Of a stretch of 64,000 nucleotides of DNA, positions 34,737 through 43,523 are shown in pieces. The notes below the pieces were generated by a model that did not search any database, was not told the origin of the DNA, and was given only the letters and a program-made list of their open reading frames with translations. The DNA is from an uncultured bacterium. GTDB lineage: Bacteria; Bacillota; Clostridia; Oscillospirales; Oscillospiraceae. Every line of letters starts with the position of its first letter. Within the stretch, counting starts at the first letter, position 1. The DNA is taken from contig CAMCCC010000006.1 in the NCBI GenBank assembly GCA_945873205.1, positions 11,414 to 75,413 of the forward strand. The letters are read 5' to 3'. The translations under genes and the position numbers were made by a program.

Positions 34737-35849
34737 TCAGATGCGGCTGCCCTTGGGCACCACCATCGGCAGCTTGGGGTTGCCGGTGAGAACGGTGCCG
34801 GCGGAGAAGGAGCAGTACTTGTCTGCGATCACGCAGTCGAGCTCAGCGCCCTCGCCTACGATACCGCCGCGCATGATGATACAGTTGCGCAGCTTGGCCC
34901 CCCGCTCAATGCGGGCGCCGGAAAAGACGATGCAGTTTTCAATGCTGCCTTCGATCATGCAGTTATCGGCCACCAGGCTGTTGCGGGAAACGGCGCTCTC
35001 GCCGTAATAGGTGCTGACCTCCTCATGGGTCTTGGTGCGGACAGGCCGGTCAGCGGGGAAGATCTGGCGGCGGAACTCCGGCTTGAGCATATCCATGCTG
35101 GCCTTATAGTAAGCCTCCACCGAACGGACAGCAACGGCATAGCCGGGGTGGACATAGGTGTCCATCCGGCCGCCCTCGGCCAGGAAGGCCGCCACCGCGT
35201 CCTTATGGAAGCGGTACAGGTTCTTGGCGCGGCAGTCGTCCATCATCTTCAGCAGAGTGTCCTTATTGATGACATAGCCCTCCAGAGAGGGGAGGCCTTC
35301 GCCGTCATCGGTGCGGTCAAAGTAGACCTGGGTGACAAAGCCGTCCTCACCCACCACATAGCGGTGGTGGCTCTGGGCGGGGGTATGGTCAGCGCAGATG
35401 GCGGTGATCTCCGCACCGGAGCGCTTATGCTGCTCCATGACCTTGGTCAGGTCAATGTTGGCGCAGAGGTTGCCCAGCAGCAGCACCAGGTACTTCTGGG
35501 GAATATCCCGCACGTAGGAGCCAACGGCATTCAGAGCCTCGATGGTACCGGCGTAGTTGCCCCGGTGATACTCCGGCAGGCCGAAGGGGGGCAGCATCCG
35601 CAATCCGCCGTTGCGGCGGCTCATATCCCAGGCCTTGCCGCTGCCGATATGGTCCAGCAGGGACTGGTAATCCCTCTGCATGATGACGCCCACATCCAGG
35701 ATGCCGGCGTTTCTCATGGAGGAGAGGGCAAAGTCGATCAATCTGTATCTGCCGCAGAAAGGCAGAGAGGCGGCGGTACGGACGCCCACCAGTTCTCTCA
35801 GTTCAGGGGCAGCGCTGTAGGCGAAGATAATTCCATGGAAATCCTTCAT
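34737..35849 (-). CDS. glgD: glucose-1-phosphate adenylyltransferase, GlgD (regulatory-type) subunit
   Basis: ORF track, 370 aa. NTP-transferase fold lacking the GlgC GGxGxRL loop, plus a left-handed beta-helix C-terminus. It lies directly downstream of glgC. Confidence 0.85.
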   Translation of the reverse strand: MKDFHGIIFAYSAAPELRELVGVRTAASLPFCGRYRLIDFALSSMRNAGILDVGVIMQRDYQSLLDHIGSGKAWDMSRRNGGLRMLPPFGLPEYHRGNYAGTIEALNAVGSYVRDIPQKYLVLLLGNLCANIDLTKVMEQHKRSGAEITAICADHTPAQSHHRYVVGEDGFVTQVYFDRTDDGEGLPSLEGYVINKDTLLKMMDDCRAKNLYRFHKDAVAAFLAEGGRMDTYVHPGYAVAVRSVEAYYKASMDMLKPEFRRQIFPADRPVRTKTHEEVSTYYGESAVSRNSLVADNCMIEGSIENCIVFSGARIERGAKLRNCIIMRGGIVGEGAELDCVIADKYCSFSAGTVLTGNPKLPMVVPKGSRI

Positions 35850-35852
35850 TGC

Positions 35853-37046
35853 TTAAACCTCCTCCCCAGTGTAGATCATAGCGCCGGCAGGCACAGCCGC
35901 GCCGCTTCTGATCTCAATATCCGGGCCGCAGGTGGCAACGCCCCAGGCATCCGTGCCGTCGGGGGCGGCACCCACATGGGCGCCGGCGTGGACAACGGTA
36001 TTCTCGCCAACGATGGCGTATTCAACAATGGCGCCTTCCTCCACCACCGCGCCGGGCATCAGCACACTGTAGAGCACCGTGGCGCCCTTGCCCACAATGA
36101 CGTTGGGGGACAGGACGGAGTTTTCCACATGGCCGTCAATCTCGCAGCCCTCGGTGATGATGGAATGGATGATCTCCGCGCTCTCCCCGGTGAAGTGGGG
36201 CGGGCAGACCGGGCTTCTGGAGCCGATGGGCCAGGAAGCGTCATAGAGATTAATGAGGGTGGGAGAGAGCATATCCATATTGGCGTCCCAAAGGCTGGTG
36301 ATGGTGCCCACGTCTCTCCAATAGCCCTTGAAGCGGTAAGGCCACAGCTTCTCGCCGGCATGGAGCATGTTGGGGATGATGTTCTTGCCAAAGTCCTTGG
36401 AGGAGTTGGGGTCGTTCTCATCGGCGATCAGATACTCCCGCAGCTTCTTCCAATTGAATATGTAGATGCCCATGGAGGCCAGGTCGCTCTTGGGCTGCTT
36501 GGGCTTCTCCTCAAACTGGTTGACGAAACCGTCCTCCCCCAGGTTCATGATGCCGAAGCGGGTGGCCTCCTCCATGGAGACCTGAAGCACGGCGATGGTG
36601 CAGGCGGCACCCTTCTCGGTGTGCTCCCGCAGCATGTCGGCATAGTCCATCTTATAAATGTGGTCGCCGGAGAGGATCAGTACGTTTTCCGGGTCATAGG
36701 CCTCGATAAAGCCGATGTTCTGGTAGATGGCGTTGGCAGTGCCGGAGAACCAGGAGCCCTTTTCGCCGGCGCTCTGGTAGGGGGGCAGGATGTAAACACC
36801 GCCGTCGGTCACGTCCATGTCCCAGGGCTGGCCGCTGCCGATGTAGCTGTTGAGCTGCAGCGGGCGGTACTGGGTCAGAACACCCACGGTGTCAATGCCG
36901 GAGTTGGCGCAGTTGGAGAGGGGGAAGTCAATGATCCTGTACTTCCCGCCAAAGGGTACGCTGGGTTTTGCCACTTTCTGAGTCAGTGCATAGAGTCTTG
37001 AGCCCTGACCGCCTGCAAGCAGCATCGCGATACAGTTCTTCTTCAT
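35853..37046 (-). CDS. glgC: glucose-1-phosphate adenylyltransferase
   Basis: ORF track, 397 aa. [44 protein letters not shown] is the canonical GlgC N-terminus. Confidence 0.93.
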   Translation of the reverse strand: MKKNCIAMLLAGGQGSRLYALTQKVAKPSVPFGGKYRIIDFPLSNCANSGIDTVGVLTQYRPLQLNSYIGSGQPWDMDVTDGGVYILPPYQSAGEKGSWFSGTANAIYQNIGFIEAYDPENVLILSGDHIYKMDYADMLREHTEKGAACTIAVLQVSMEEATRFGIMNLGEDGFVNQFEEKPKQPKSDLASMGIYIFNWKKLREYLIADENDPNSSKDFGKNIIPNMLHAGEKLWPYRFKGYWRDVGTITSLWDANMDMLSPTLINLYDASWPIGSRSPVCPPHFTGESAEIIHSIITEGCEIDGHVENSVLSPNVIVGKGATVLYSVLMPGAVVEEGAIVEYAIVGENTVVHAGAHVGAAPDGTDAWGVATCGPDIEIRSGAAVPAGAMIYTGEEV

Positions 37047-37114
37047 AAGCGGTCTCCTTCTTCCTTCTTTATCTTTCAGCCGCCCCCACAGCGTGGAGGC
37101 CCTGGCCGGGAGTA

Positions 37115-37702
37115 CTAATTAAAGCGGTTCATCGCCCGGTCCGCCCCCTGGGTGATATAGCACTGGGCGGCCTGGGCGGCCCTTTCGGCAGCGGCGAGCA
37201 TATCCTCCGCGTCCTGGTTCTTAAAAGAGGACAGGACCCAGTCTGCCATGTCATAGTCCGGGTGGGGCGGGGCGCCCACGCCGATGCGGATGCGGGGAAA
37301 AGCGTCCGTGCCCAGCTTGGCGATGATATCCTTCAGCCCGTTGTGACCGCCGGCAGAGCCCTTGGTGCGGATGCGCAGCTTGCCGATGGGCAGGCTGATC
37401 TCATCGGACACCACGATCACATGCTCCGGCGGAATCTTGTAAAACTTTGCGGCCTGTGCCACCGCGTCCCCGGACAGGTTCATAAAGGTCTGGGGCTTCA
37501 TCAGCAGGACGGATTCGCCCCCGATGTCGCAGGTGGCCGTAAGGGCCTTAAAGCGGGCCTTGTTGATATTGACATTTTTCTCTTTGGCCATGGCGTCGGC
37601 CGCCATGAAGCCGGCATTGTGGCGGGTCATCTCATAGCGGGGGCCGGGATTGCCCAAAAACACAATGAGCCAGCTTACCCCGCCGGGTTTTTTGAAAAGC
37701 AT
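37115..37702 (-). CDS. pth: peptidyl-tRNA hydrolase
   Basis: ORF track, 195 aa. [21 protein letters not shown]...GHNGLKDI. The upstream promoter is TTGAAA-17-TATAAT. Confidence 0.92.
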   Translation of the reverse strand: MLFKKPGGVSWLIVFLGNPGPRYEMTRHNAGFMAADAMAKEKNVNINKARFKALTATCDIGGESVLLMKPQTFMNLSGDAVAQAAKFYKIPPEHVIVVSDEISLPIGKLRIRTKGSAGGHNGLKDIIAKLGTDAFPRIRIGVGAPPHPDYDMADWVLSSFKNQDAEDMLAAAERAAQAAQCYITQGADRAMNRFN

Positions 37703-37862
37703 GGGTCTGTCACCTATAGTCCCTGTTCATTATAAACCATCCGGGACAAAATTTCAATTTATAAAGGGAAAGATAATGCAAAACGCACGGCAGCGCCTCC
37801 CAGAGCGGGAGGCGCTGGGCGCGAGCTTGGTTTTTGAAACGGATATGTTCCTTCCGGCGCTG

Positions 37863-38825
37863 TCAGTCGAACAGGTTGGAGATGGAAACCTCCTCGTAGA
37901 TGCGGCGGATGGCCTCGGCAAAGACGGCGGCGGTGGAGATATAATGGATCTTGTCGCACTTGGGCTTATCGGTGGGATAGGGAATGGTGTCCAGCAGCAG
38001 CAGCTCCTCGATGCAGCTTTCCTCGATACGCTGGATAGCCGGGCCGGAGAGTACGCCGTGGGTGGCGCAGGCATAGACCTTCTTGGCCCCGCCCAGCTCT
38101 TTAATGGCCTTGGCGGCGCCGCAGAGGGAACCGGCAGTGTCCACAATATCGTCCAGCAGGATGCAGGTCTTGCCTTCCACGTTGCCGATGATGTTCATGA
38201 CCTCGGACTGGTTAGCCCGCTCACGGCGTTTGTCCACGATGGCCATATTGGTGCCCAGCTTCATGGAGAAGGCCCGGGCCCGGGCGGTGCTGCCCACGTC
38301 GGGGGAGACCACCATCACATCCTCATTGCCCTTGCCGAACATCTTGATAAAATGCTTGACGAACAGGTGGCTGCCCATCAGATTGTCCACAGGGATGTCA
38401 AAGAAGCCCTGGATCTGGGCGGCGTGCAGGTCCATGGTCAGGACCCGGTCGGCGCCGGCGGCAGTGATCAGGTTGGCGACAAGCTTGGCGGAGATGGGGT
38501 CACGGCTCTTGGCTTTACGGTCCTGACGGGCGTAGCCGAAGTAGGGGATGACGGCAGTCACACGGCCGGCCGACGCTCTGCGCATGGCATCGATCATGAT
38601 CAGCAGCTCCATCAGGTTGTCGTTGACATGGTTGCAGGTGGACTGAACGATGAAAACATCCTTGCCGCGAACAGGCTCAGACACGGAGACGGAACACTCG
38701 CCGTCTGCAAACTGGGTAACGTTAGCGTTGCCTAGGGTTCTGAAGAGCTCGGAGCAAATATTTTCTGCCAGAGCGGGGTTAGAGTTGCCGGTAAACACCT
38801 TGATCTCTTTGCCGTGTGAAATCAT
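37863..38825 (-). CDS. prs: ribose-phosphate pyrophosphokinase
   Basis: ORF track, 320 aa. KVFTGNSNPALAENI...YFGYARQDRK...LDDIVDTAGS (PRPP loop). Confidence 0.94.
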   Translation of the reverse strand: MISHGKEIKVFTGNSNPALAENICSELFRTLGNANVTQFADGECSVSVSEPVRGKDVFIVQSTCNHVNDNLMELLIMIDAMRRASAGRVTAVIPYFGYARQDRKAKSRDPISAKLVANLITAAGADRVLTMDLHAAQIQGFFDIPVDNLMGSHLFVKHFIKMFGKGNEDVMVVSPDVGSTARARAFSMKLGTNMAIVDKRRERANQSEVMNIIGNVEGKTCILLDDIVDTAGSLCGAAKAIKELGGAKKVYACATHGVLSGPAIQRIEESCIEELLLLDTIPYPTDKPKCDKIHYISTAAVFAEAIRRIYEEVSISNLFD

Positions 38826-38970
38826 TTCTCTTTATCCTCCGTATTATGTGCTGTCATTTTGTCGCAGTTGCCGCATGGTCACACTGCGTTGATTATATTA
38901 TAACACTCTGTTTCAGAAATTGGAATAGAAAACCTTGCTTTTCCGTGACAAAATGCAGATAAAAAACCGA

Positions 38971-38999
38971 TTTACAAGTGCACTATTTTTGTGTATAAT
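38971..38999 (+). promoter_or_regulatory. sigma-A type promoter of prfB
   Basis: TTTACA (38971-38976), 17 nt, TATAAT (38994-38999), in the AT-rich divergent prs/prfB spacer. Confidence 0.55.
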
Positions 39000-39061
39000 G
39001 ATTTAGTAGCGCTAAAATATTATACGGATTACTTAGAATACTTTTGAAAGTGGTTGATACA

Positions 39062-40168
39062 ATGCTGGAATTTGAAGAATATAAGGCCAAACTCAATAAC
39101 GCCAAGCCCACGCTGGAGGTGCTCAAGGGCGCGCTGAAACTGGAGGCCGCCCAGAAGGAGATTGAGGAGCTGGAGGCCGCCAGCGAGCGGGAGGGCTTCT
39201 GGAACGATGTGGAGCGCTCTCAGAAGGTGCAGAAGCGGCTGAAGAATCTGAAGGACAAGGTGGAAAATTATCAGAAGCTCTGCGCCGCCTGGGACGATAT
39301 GTATGTCATGTGCGAGATGGCCATCGAGGAAAACGACGGCTCCATGCTGGAAGAACTGCAGAGCGAGTTCGCTTCCTTCTCCGAAAAGGTGGAGGCCACC
39401 CGCCTGAGCACTCTGCTCACCGGGGAGTACGACGCCAACAACGCCATCCTCACCTTCCACGCCGGCGCCGGCGGCACCGAGGCCCAGGACTGGGCTTCCA
39501 TGCTGTACCGCATGTACAATATGTGGGCCGACCGTCACGGCTACAAGGTGAAGGTCATGGACTATCTGGACGGGGACGAGGCCGGCCTCAAGAGCGCCAC
39601 CATCATGATCGAGGGCGAGAACGCCTATGGTTTCCTCAAGAGCGAGCACGGCATCCACCGGCTGGTGCGGGTCTCCCCCTTTGACGCCGCCGGCCGCCGC
39701 CACACCTCCTTCGCCGCGGTGGAGGTCATGCCGGAGATCAGCGACGACAATGAGATCGAGCTGCGGGACGAGGACATCAAGATGGACGTGTACCGTTCCT
39801 CCGGCGCAGGCGGCCAGAAGGTCAACAAGACCTCCTCCGCCGTCCGCCTGACCCATATCCCCACCGGCATCGTGGTGGCCAGCCAGGTGGAACGCAGCCA
39901 TTTCCAGAACCTTGAGAACTGCAAAAATATGCTCCGCGCCCGTCTGGCCGAGATCAAGGAGCGGGAGCATCTGGAAAAGATCAGCGACATCAAGGGCGTG
40001 CAGATGAAGATCGAATGGGGCAGCCAGATTCGCTCCTATGTGTTCATGCCCTATCAGCTGGTGAAGGATCACCGCACCGAATACGAAAACGGCAACATCG
40101 ACAACGTGATGAACGGCGATCTGGACGGCTTTATCAATGCCTTTCTCTCCATGAAGGCGGAGGGCTGA
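39062..40168 (+). CDS. prfB: peptide chain release factor 2, encoded in a single uninterrupted frame
   Basis: ORF track 39044..40168 (TTG), trimmed to ATG 39062. SPF tripeptide (VRVSPFDAAGRRHTSF) and GGQ (SGAGGQKVN). There is no in-frame TGA and no CTTTGAC shift site near codon 25. Confidence 0.92.
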   Translation: MLEFEEYKAKLNNAKPTLEVLKGALKLEAAQKEIEELEAASEREGFWNDVERSQKVQKRLKNLKDKVENYQKLCAAWDDMYVMCEMAIEENDGSMLEELQSEFASFSEKVEATRLSTLLTGEYDANNAILTFHAGAGGTEAQDWASMLYRMYNMWADRHGYKVKVMDYLDGDEAGLKSATIMIEGENAYGFLKSEHGIHRLVRVSPFDAAGRRHTSFAAVEVMPEISDDNEIELRDEDIKMDVYRSSGAGGQKVNKTSSAVRLTHIPTGIVVASQVERSHFQNLENCKNMLRARLAEIKEREHLEKISDIKGVQMKIEWGSQIRSYVFMPYQLVKDHRTEYENGNIDNVMNGDLDGFINAFLSMKAEG

Positions 40169-40193
40169 GGCATCCTCTTTATATCGTTATGAA

Positions 40194-40232
40194 AGCGCAC
40201 CCTCATCAGAGGGTGCGCCGGTTATTATTTTT
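40194..40232 (+). terminator. intrinsic terminator after prfB
   Basis: gcgcaccctc-atca-gagggtgcgc (40195-40218) followed by cggTTATTATTTTT. Confidence 0.6.
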
Positions 40233-40250
40233 CAGAAAGGTTTTGTTAGA

Positions 40251-40877
40251 TTGTTTTCCCGGCTTTTTTCTGGAATCAGCAGGCGGGATGTGTGGCTGTC
40301 GGTGATTGGCAGCGGCATCCTGGCTTTTGGTCTTTACAACGTCCACGCCCTCTCCGGCGTCACCGAGGGCGGCGTGCTGGGGCTGACGCTGCTGCTGGAC
40401 CACTGGTTCAGCATCTCCCCGGCGGGCAGCTCCCTGGTGCTCAACGGCCTGTGCTACCTGCTGGGCTGGCGGGTGCTGGGCAAGCGCTTCATTGGCCTGT
40501 CCATCATCGCGGGGGGCTGCTTTTCCGCCTGGTACGCGCTGCTGGAGCTGTTCCCGCCGGTCTGGCCCGGCATCGCCGCCTACCCCCTGGCGGCGGCCCT
40601 GGTGGGCGCCCTGTTCGTAGGCGTGGGCGTGGGCCTCTGCGTCCGGGCCGGGGGCGCTCCCGGTGGGGACGACGCCCTGGCCATGGCCCTGGGGCAGCTG
40701 CTGCACACACCGCTGCAATGGATTTATTTTGCCAGCGACATGATCGTGCTGCTGCTGAGTCTCAGTTACATTCCCCTGGGCCGCATTGCTTATTCCCTGC
40801 TGACGGTGATCCTCTCCGGCCAGATCATCGGCCTGGTGGCGGGAAATAAAGAAAACAAAGGAAAAGCGTCTCACTGA
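40251..40877 (+). CDS. YitT/YczE-like integral membrane protein
   Basis: ORF track, 208 aa, TTG start (uncertain). Polytopic; the GVTEGGVLGLTLLL motif is typical of the YitT-type membrane domain. Confidence 0.55.
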   Translation: MFSRLFSGISRRDVWLSVIGSGILAFGLYNVHALSGVTEGGVLGLTLLLDHWFSISPAGSSLVLNGLCYLLGWRVLGKRFIGLSIIAGGCFSAWYALLELFPPVWPGIAAYPLAAALVGALFVGVGVGLCVRAGGAPGGDDALAMALGQLLHTPLQWIYFASDMIVLLLSLSYIPLGRIAYSLLTVILSGQIIGLVAGNKENKGKASH

Positions 40878-40890
40878 TCGGTGAGACGCT
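40865..40890. terminator. hairpin spanning the overlapping stops of the convergent YitT-like and MATE genes
   Basis: agcgtctcac-tgatcg-gtgagacgct; followed by TTCTTCTT on the + strand. Confidence 0.5.
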
Positions 40891-42229
40891 TTCTTCTTAC
40901 AATCACAAAATAATACACCGTAAAGGCCAGAGACGTGATACACCAGCTGATGGGGTAGCTGATGGCCACGGAGCGGATATCCCGCCAGGCGGGAACCACC
41001 GTGAAAACCCAGACCACCCGGATCAGGCACACGCCGGCGGCGGTGATCAGGGTGGGAATCAGGGTGTCGCCCAGGCCCCGGAAGCAGCCGCTGAAAATCT
41101 CGATGGGGGCATAGGTAAAGTACCAGGGGGCAATGTAGAGCACGATGAGCAGAGCGATCTCCAGCACGGCGGGGTCGTCGGTGAAGAGCAGGAGCAGGTT
41201 CCGGCCCTGGGCAAAAAACAGGGCGCAGACCCCCAGAGCCATAGCAAGGCCCATCAGCATGGCGCTTTTCAGGCTGCTGCGCACCCGGGCCAGCTGCCGG
41301 GCGCCGTAGTTCTGGCCGGCAAAGGTCATCAGGGAGACGCCCAGGGCGTTGAGGGTCATCCAGTTGAGAGTGTCGATCTTGCTCATGGCCACCCAGGCGG
41401 CCACGGTGTCGGTACCAAAGCCGTTGACAGCCACGGTGATGATCAGGTTGGACAGGCCGTACATAATGGACTGAATCCCGGCCGGCAGGCCGATGCGCAC
41501 CGTGCGGCGGAAAATGCGGCTGTCCGGCCGCAGGGCCCGCAGCGTCAGACGGTAGCTCTCGCCGCTTCTGGCCATATGCAGGAGGACCAGCACCGCGCTG
41601 ATGCTCTGGGCAATCACGGTGGCCACGGCGGCGCCCATGACGCCCATGCCCAGCTTCATGACAAAGAGAATATCCAGAAGAATATTAACGGCGCAGCAGG
41701 CCATCAGGAAATACAGGGGCCGCCGGGAGTCCCCCACAGCCCGCAGAATGGCGGAGCCCATGTTGAAAAGCATGCCGGGAATCATGCCGGCATAGATCAC
41801 CTGCAGGTAGATGAGGGAATCAGCCATGGTCTCGGCCGGGGTGTTCATGACACGCAGCAGCCAGGGGGCCGATAAAAGGCCCAGGGCCGTCATCACCGCG
41901 CCGCCGGCAGCGGCCAGGATCAGCGCCGTATGTACCGCCCGGGACACATCCTCGTCATCCCCCGCCCCGTAATACTGGGCAATGATCACCGCCGCGCCGG
42001 AGGATACGCCGGTGAAAAAGCCGATGATCAGGCTGAGAATATGGGCAGCGGAGCCGCCCACTGCGGCCAGGGCCGCCTTGCCCACAAAGCGGCCCACAAT
42101 GACCGCGTCCACTGCATTATAGAGCTGCTGGAACAGGGTGCCCATCAGTACCGGGAAAAAGAAGGCCAGAAGCTGTTTCCAAATAACCCCCTGCGTGATG
42201 GCATTATCTATCTTTGCTGTCTCGCGCAT
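40871..42229 (-). CDS. MATE-family multidrug/toxin efflux transporter
   Basis: ORF track 40871..42259, trimmed to ATG 42229 (GGAGGAG RBS). ITQGVIWKQLLAFFFPVLMGTLFQQLYNAVDAVIVGRFVG is a typical MATE N-terminus; 12-TM architecture. Confidence 0.88.
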   Translation of the reverse strand: MRETAKIDNAITQGVIWKQLLAFFFPVLMGTLFQQLYNAVDAVIVGRFVGKAALAAVGGSAAHILSLIIGFFTGVSSGAAVIIAQYYGAGDDEDVSRAVHTALILAAAGGAVMTALGLLSAPWLLRVMNTPAETMADSLIYLQVIYAGMIPGMLFNMGSAILRAVGDSRRPLYFLMACCAVNILLDILFVMKLGMGVMGAAVATVIAQSISAVLVLLHMARSGESYRLTLRALRPDSRIFRRTVRIGLPAGIQSIMYGLSNLIITVAVNGFGTDTVAAWVAMSKIDTLNWMTLNALGVSLMTFAGQNYGARQLARVRSSLKSAMLMGLAMALGVCALFFAQGRNLLLLFTDDPAVLEIALLIVLYIAPWYFTYAPIEIFSGCFRGLGDTLIPTLITAAGVCLIRVVWVFTVVPAWRDIRSVAISYPISWCITSLAFTVYYFVIVRRKRLTDQ

Positions 42230-42313
42230 GATCTGTGATCTCCTCCGGGAACAATCCAAAATCCGGCGTTCATCCTATCACTCCCGGCAGGAAAACGCAA
42301 GGTTCAAATCCAA

Positions 42314-42341
42314 TAAAAAAGACGGGGTTCTCCCCCGTCTT
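42314..42341 (-). terminator. strong intrinsic terminator between the micro-ORF and the MATE gene
   Basis: Minus strand: GACGGGG-GAGAA-CCCCGTC followed by TTTTTTATT. Confidence 0.75.
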
Positions 42342-42358
42342 TCTTGTGATTCTGCTTT

Positions 42359-42421
42359 TACCGGCTGCTGGGGCCAGGGTCGCAGTCACCGAAGATCATG
42401 TCATCAATATCCATTTCCACG
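42359..42421 (-). CDS. candidate micropeptide gene (20 codons: V/M-EMDIDDMIFGDCDPGPSSR)
   Basis: Not in the ORF track because it is too short. Perfect AGGAGG (42434-42429) lies 7 nt before GTG 42421 (alternative ATG 42415). TATAAT (42461-42456) is upstream and the terminator lies 17 nt after the TAA. Confidence 0.4.
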
Positions 42422-42491
42422 CATATACCTCCTGTATTTTTTCAACATACTTGCATTATATGCGCGCTCTGCCGGGGATATGACTGCCGCT

Positions 42492-43334
42492 TTAATTTTC
42501 TTTGTGGAGCGTTACCGCCACCACCTCCGGGCGGTTGAAAAGCCGGGGGATGGGGATGGAATTGCCCAGGCCCCGGGACACCACCATCCGATAATGGCCG
42601 GAGGAATAGACCCCGCTCTCATACTCGGCGCCGAAGCTGCGGTTCACGTTCAGCAGGCCGCCCACAAAGGGCAGGCGGATGATGCCGCCGTGGCCATGGC
42701 CGCAGAGGATCAGGTCGGTACCGATGTCGTTATACATCTTCACATAGTCGTTTCTGTGGGCCAGCCACAGGCTGAAATGATCGGAATACAGCTCCCCCAG
42801 CCGCAGGGACAGGCCCCAGGGCTTGATCATGTCCGCCCGGCCGTTGGGGTCCTCCGCGCCTACGATGGCAATGCTGTCCTCCCCCCGGTACAAAAGTTCA
42901 ATCTCATTGCTGAGGCAGATGACGCCCCGGCTTTCCATCAGGGCTTCGATCTCCTCCACGCAGCCGTCGGCCCATTCGTGGTTGCCGTTGACATAGTAGG
43001 TGGGGGCCAGGCCCTCTATGCCGGTCAGCAGCGGCTCCACATTGTCCAGGGCTCCGTCCTTGCCGGCAATGTCCCCGGTGAGGACAATGATATCCGGGTT
43101 CTGCTGCCGGACCAGGTCAATCAGCCGCCGGTTTCCCGGGCCGAAGGACGCTCCGTGCAGGTCTGACAGCTGCAGCACCTTGCAGCCGTCAAAGCTCTCC
43201 GGCAGCTTGCGGAAGGAAAGGTCATATTCCGTAAGCTGCAGACGGTATTTGCTGTCCAGAACCAGCCCCGCCGTCAGGAGAACCAGCAGGGCGAATACCA
43301 GCAGCGCGGTTTTGAAAATTTTATGCTGTTTCAT
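42492..43334 (-). CDS. membrane-anchored metallophosphoesterase (YkuE-like)
   Basis: ORF track, 280 aa. N-terminal TM, then LSDLHG...LTGD...GNHE...GHGHGG calcineurin-like metal-ligand motifs. Confidence 0.8.
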   Translation of the reverse strand: MKQHKIFKTALLVFALLVLLTAGLVLDSKYRLQLTEYDLSFRKLPESFDGCKVLQLSDLHGASFGPGNRRLIDLVRQQNPDIIVLTGDIAGKDGALDNVEPLLTGIEGLAPTYYVNGNHEWADGCVEEIEALMESRGVICLSNEIELLYRGEDSIAIVGAEDPNGRADMIKPWGLSLRLGELYSDHFSLWLAHRNDYVKMYNDIGTDLILCGHGHGGIIRLPFVGGLLNVNRSFGAEYESGVYSSGHYRMVVSRGLGNSIPIPRLFNRPEVVAVTLHKEN

Positions 43335-43441
43335 TCTGCTTCCCTTTCTTGAATCCTGCTTATTATACCACCCCGGCCTGTCAAATGCAGTATAAAGTTA
43401 TGGCGGAATGATAAATATTTATGGAACAGCCGGAATACTTC

Positions 43442-43470
43442 TTGAATCGGCGGACAAATTGCGCTATAAT
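43442..43470 (+). promoter_or_regulatory. sigma-A type promoter of the PrsA-like gene
   Basis: TTGAAT (43442-43447), 17 nt, TATAAT (43465-43470). Confidence 0.55.
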
Positions 43471-43523
43471 AACTTGGTCTGCACCCGGCAGACAAAAGTA
43501 ATGATCAAAAAGGATGACATACA

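Noticed and set aside
42296-42320. GGTTCAAATCC motif (tRNA T-loop-like) at about 42302-42312.
   Set aside because: The flanking bases do not form a T-stem (caagg vs ccaat), and no acceptor or anticodon arms can be drawn. It lies in the MATE 5' UTR region.
42229-42470. A firm call of ribosome-mediated attenuation of the MATE gene by the micro-ORF.
   Set aside because: I could not find an antiterminator pairing competing with the GACGGGG/CCCCGTC stem, and a separate promoter candidate exists downstream of the terminator. I kept it only as one of two hypotheses in the findings.
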